Below are positions 17,334-20,000 of a stretch of DNA of 20,000 nt, in pieces. The translations under genes and the position numbers were made by a program. The notes below the pieces were generated by a model. The model searched no databases and had not been told where the DNA came from. It saw only the letters and a list, made by a program, of their open reading frames with translations. This DNA is from an uncultured virus (IMG/VR IMGVR_UViG_3300043419_000665). Taxonomy: Duplodnaviria > Heunggongvirae > Uroviricota > Caudoviricetes. Numbering within the stretch: position 1 is the stretch's first letter; every line of letters starts with the position of its first letter. The stretch spans positions 53,785 through 73,784 of IMG/VR virus record IMGVR_UViG_3300043419_000665. One strand, given 5' to 3'.

Positions 17334-17895
17334 TTAGATATTCTATCATATTTTGCAACAGTCTGACATCATCATTAATAATTCCTAGACCTCTATTGCA
17401 TCTGGAGCATAATAAACCTCTAATGCATTTGCCACAGGATTTTATTCCAGAGCAGCATAAGTGGTCATGATCTACTGATAATCGCTTGTTGTACTTTTCT
17501 GATTCCCCGCAAATTTTACAAACCCCATTTTGAGATTTTTCCATGTTTACATAGTCATCTCTTGTCAAACCATAATTTTTGAGATTTTTTATATGACCCA
17601 GAGCAACTGTGCATTCTCTACAGTATGTGTTATTAGACCAGAAAGATGATTTAGGGAGATATTGTTCACAATAACGACAATGTATCTCTGTCCCTTGTAT
17701 TTTTCTAGGCATAACTCGTTTTGGATCATCTTCTGCCATGTCATACTCTCTTACACAAACCTTGCACCATGGTTTTAATCCATCTTGTGCTTTAGCATAC
17801 TTATGAAAATCAGATTTATCTTTGTATTCCTGGCAATTTGTGCACTGTTTTAAACCATTTTCATTGTATTGTACTCTTGTGTATTGTTTTCTCAT
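17320..17895 (-). CDS. Endonuclease VII-family (His-Me finger) nuclease with two N-terminal Zn-finger-like units; possible homing endonuclease
   Basis: YGLTRDDY...QNGVCKIC...LSVDHDH...IRGLLCSRCNRGLG; N-terminal CxxC pairs. Confidence 0.85.
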   Translation of the reverse strand: MRKQYTRVQYNENGLKQCTNCQEYKDKSDFHKYAKAQDGLKPWCKVCVREYDMAEDDPKRVMPRKIQGTEIHCRYCEQYLPKSSFWSNNTYCRECTVALGHIKNLKNYGLTRDDYVNMEKSQNGVCKICGESEKYNKRLSVDHDHLCCSGIKSCGKCIRGLLCSRCNRGLGIINDDVRLLQNMIEYLNGNT

Positions 17896-18023
17896 AATTT
17901 AAGTATACCAGATTTCAGATTTGTTTTCAGATTTCTTAATTAGACTAAATTGGAATATTTTGTTCAGATGTATGATACGGGTTTATATACATGCTACCAC
18001 AAAAATATAGTGAGCACATAATC

Positions 18024-18128
18024 CGACACGCCGATGATTGTCTAGGCTGCGTGTGATGCAAATCACATAAAATAGTTTGACGACACGCCCGAAAAGGTCC
18101 CCAATTTGTCAGTCCCCCCTGCTATACT
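18024..18128 (+). promoter_or_regulatory. Early regulatory cassette 1
   Basis: CGACACGCC at 18024 and 18081, TGTGA-N6-TCACA at 18052-67, ATTTGTCAG-N7-TGCTATACT at 18104-28. Confidence 0.7.
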
Positions 18129-18166
18129 TGCAACATAACGAAAACAAGAAAGGTCACACCCCCTAC

Positions 18167-18313
18167 ATGGACACTTATAACAAAATACTAAAAGAACAAC
18201 AGGAGCGCCGTGCCGCCCAAGCAATAAAAGACAAGGCTATAGTGGATGCCATGTTCTCTAATAACCCACGCCACCTAAATAACGAATACCTATTAGCGAA
18301 AGAAGAAAACTAA
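18167..18313 (+). CDS. Hypothetical 48-aa protein
   Basis: ATG after GAAAGG RBS, downstream of promoter; the TTG start at 18077 lies upstream of the promoter. Confidence 0.6.
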   Translation: MDTYNKILKEQQERRAAQAIKDKAIVDAMFSNNPRHLNNEYLLAKEEN

Positions 18314-18474
18314 TGATAACTAACTTTGAGATAACACAAGAGATAAACACTCTTGCTAAGAAGCACTATGGAGAGCAAGACCTTGCATTTGCTTGGGGTT
18401 GCGCTCAAGCGTTACTTACAACGCAACAACTTAATTTAATTCTTAACATTCTAAAAGATAAGGAAACAAACTAA
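18313..18474 (+). CDS. Hypothetical 53-aa protein (MITNFEITQEINTLAKKHYG...)
   Basis: TAATG coupling to upstream ORF; translated by hand. Confidence 0.6.
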   Translation: MITNFEITQEINTLAKKHYGEQDLAFAWGCAQALLTTQQLNLILNILKDKETN

Positions 18475-18587
18475 TGAATCCATTTACTATGTTTATCGAT
18501 TGGGTAGAAGACTATCCAGCAGCAGGACTAATCAGCGCATTCACTGCGGTTGCATTGTGTGTTGTGTTAGGTATTGCACTTAGTTAG
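18474..18587 (+). CDS. 37-aa membrane peptide (MNPFTMFIDWVEDYPAAGLISAFTAVALCVVLGIALS)
   Basis: TAATG coupling, AAGGA RBS, C-terminal hydrophobic helix. Confidence 0.6.
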   Translation: MNPFTMFIDWVEDYPAAGLISAFTAVALCVVLGIALS

Positions 18588-18642
18588 TTGTTAGTAGTTT
18601 TGCAGATCCCCTGCAAAATTGCCTAGGGCGTTTTTGTCAAGC

Positions 18643-18775
18643 CGACACGCTAATAGAAATGGTCATTGTTATTTATGACCATACAAATGTGACCCTTATC
18701 ACTTGTGATACACCTCACAATGTCCGAATTGATACCATTTTCGACTTGCGATTTGTCAGACTCCCATGCTACACT
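18643..18775 (+). promoter_or_regulatory. Early regulatory cassette 2
   Basis: CGACACGC 18643; tandem CRP-like sites 18688-703 and 18704-19; ATTTGTCAG-N7-TGCTACACT 18751-75. Confidence 0.7.
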
Positions 18776-18828
18776 TACAGTATAAGAAAAAATGTGGTAA
18801 AGAAATCCACTATGAAAGGTGGTCTAAA

Positions 18829-19005
18829 ATGACTACACTAAACACACTATGCAAGGCGCATGAGCCTCTTGTTTCCGCTATCTCCGAAATTGGAGATGAG
18901 CAATTTACACTATGCATGAATTGCGATAGTAACATTGAGCGTTACTACTATGATAGTGACCCTGAGCAATTCCCTATGTGGACAGATTGGTATGTGACTA
19001 AATGA
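18829..19005 (+). CDS. Hypothetical 58-aa Cys/His protein
   Basis: GAAAGGTGG RBS before ATG 18829; CxxH...CxxC. Confidence 0.65.
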   Translation: MTTLNTLCKAHEPLVSAISEIGDEQFTLCMNCDSNIERYYYDSDPEQFPMWTDWYVTK

Positions 19006-19202
19006 ATAACACTAATCAATTCTTAGATACCATGCAATTTATAGATGAGCAAGGCTTATGCGCTATGGATAACATTTGTGCATTTTGCATAACACTATTT
19101 GACGGGTGGAATAGATTTTGCCCCGCTTGTAAAGACTATAAGGGCGTTATGCCTCTTACCGATTTTATCAATACCTATGGAAAGGACGGACTCAAGAGAT
19201 GA
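19002..19202 (+). CDS. Hypothetical Zn-ribbon-like protein
   Basis: CAFC...CPAC; ATGA overlap. Confidence 0.65.
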   Translation: MNNTNQFLDTMQFIDEQGLCAMDNICAFCITLFDGWNRFCPACKDYKGVMPLTDFINTYGKDGLKR

Positions 19203-19363
19203 GTACCTTTGTAAATCTCCCCTCAGTATGTGGGGCAACATCAGCAAGCGTTGATGTCTATGACTTAGACCTTAACCATCATGGGGTTATCTGTTGTGAC
19301 AATTGCAAATCAATTGTGTTATGCCGTAAGGCTTGGGACTTTCTATACAAGGAGGTTAAATAA
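19199..19363 (+). CDS. Hypothetical 54-aa Cys-rich protein
   Basis: ATGA overlap; MSTFVNLPSVCG...CCDNC... Confidence 0.6.
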   Translation: MSTFVNLPSVCGATSASVDVYDLDLNHHGVICCDNCKSIVLCRKAWDFLYKEVK

Positions 19364-19503
19364 TGCCAGTATTTAATTTTGATTTATCCGTTACTATTGA
19401 GGACGATAGTTTCGAGTCTGCACTATCATGGTTAAAGGTTGTTCCATTGGAACGACTTGATTTCATTGTTGTTGATTACACAGAATTAGAGGTTGCCGAA
19501 TGA
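19363..19503 (+). CDS. Hypothetical 46-aa acidic protein
   Basis: AAGGAGG RBS, TAATG overlap; MPVFNFDLSVTIEDDSFESALSWL... Confidence 0.65.
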   Translation: MPVFNFDLSVTIEDDSFESALSWLKVVPLERLDFIVVDYTELEVAE

Positions 19504-19589
19504 AAACACTTCAAGAAAAACTTGATGCAGTAGCGTTAGAGTTAGAGCCAGTACTTTGGGATTTGCTAAATGAAATTGAGGAGAAATAA
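19500..19589 (+). CDS. Hypothetical 29-aa acidic helical peptide
   Basis: GAGG RBS, ATGA overlap; MKTLQEKLDAVALELEPVLWDLLNEIEEK. Confidence 0.55.
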   Translation: MKTLQEKLDAVALELEPVLWDLLNEIEEK

Positions 19590-19709
19590 ATTGTTAGTTG
19601 TAATGATTGCGTTTTTAGTTTTTGGTTTTATTTATTCGCAAAGTAATTTATAAATAAAAAAGAATTGCAGAAATAAAACTCTGCAATTTTTACCTAGGCG
19701 ATCTTCCTA

Positions 19710-19937
19710 GCGTGTCGTCCACAGGGTGATGTGGATAACCTATGTGTTTAAGGTCACACTATTTATCCCCCTATTTACGGCGTGTCGATTTGATTTTGTA
19801 AGATTTTTTTGCTATACTTGCAGTATAACAATTAAATAAAGATAAATAAGCAATGAGCCTTAGCAAATAAGTGTGACGAGTATCACAATGAGCCTAAGCA
19901 AATAAGTGCCCAATTTGTCAGCCCCCTCTGTTAAACT
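19710..19937 (+). promoter_or_regulatory. Early regulatory cassette 3 (two promoters)
   Basis: GCGTGTCG at 19710 and 19780; CRP-like sites 19743-58 and 19872-87; promoters at 19794-818 and 19913-37; DnaA box 19730-38. Confidence 0.7.
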
Positions 19938-19969
19938 TACTATACAAACAAACGAAAGGTAGTCAATAA

Positions 19970-20000
19970 ATGACATACACTATAACACTCGAAACCTTTA
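19970..20000 (+). CDS. 5' fragment of hypothetical protein (MTYTITLETF...)
   Basis: GAAAGG RBS; runs off window. Confidence 0.6.
   Translation, partial: MTYTITLETF

Noticed and set aside
19851..19908. Possible mini-CRISPR array
   Set aside because: Only two repeats, 12-bp spacer, no cas genes
1..20000. tRNA/rRNA genes, integrase, stop-codon recoding
   Set aside because: None recognised; genes tile densely under the standard code with all three stops used

Overview
The window is a segment of a tailed dsDNA phage genome. The host is probably a low-GC Actinobacterium, inferred from leaderless promoters, GACAC motifs, CRP/GlxR sites and an actinophage-type NGGSS membrane protein. Positions 1-15922 are mostly a minus-strand virion-appendage module: tail-fibre-like proteins, an FN3 protein with a (GAF)n repeat and a Hint domain, three RGDT beta-sandwich paralogs, and InlB-B-repeat and collagen-like proteins. 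A divergent signal-peptide lytic transglycosylase interrupts it. The module also carries a striking four-gene cluster: a Pro-Thr/Pro-Ala repeat fibre, a small Cys-rich protein, a prolyl-4-hydroxylase-like 2OG-Fe(II) oxygenase and a GT60 (Gnt1-like) GlcNAc transferase. Together these form a candidate phage-encoded hydroxyproline/mucin-type O-glycosylation system. Positions 15955-17895 hold a DHH-like protein, a second Cys-rich paralog and an endonuclease VII-family gene. From ~18000 there are plus-strand early-type micro-ORF operons, each preceded by a repeated regulatory cassette (CGACACGC, TGTGA-N6-TCACA, and an ATTTGTCAG-N7-TGnTAnACT promoter). All family assignments come from motif recognition by eye; no searches were run.
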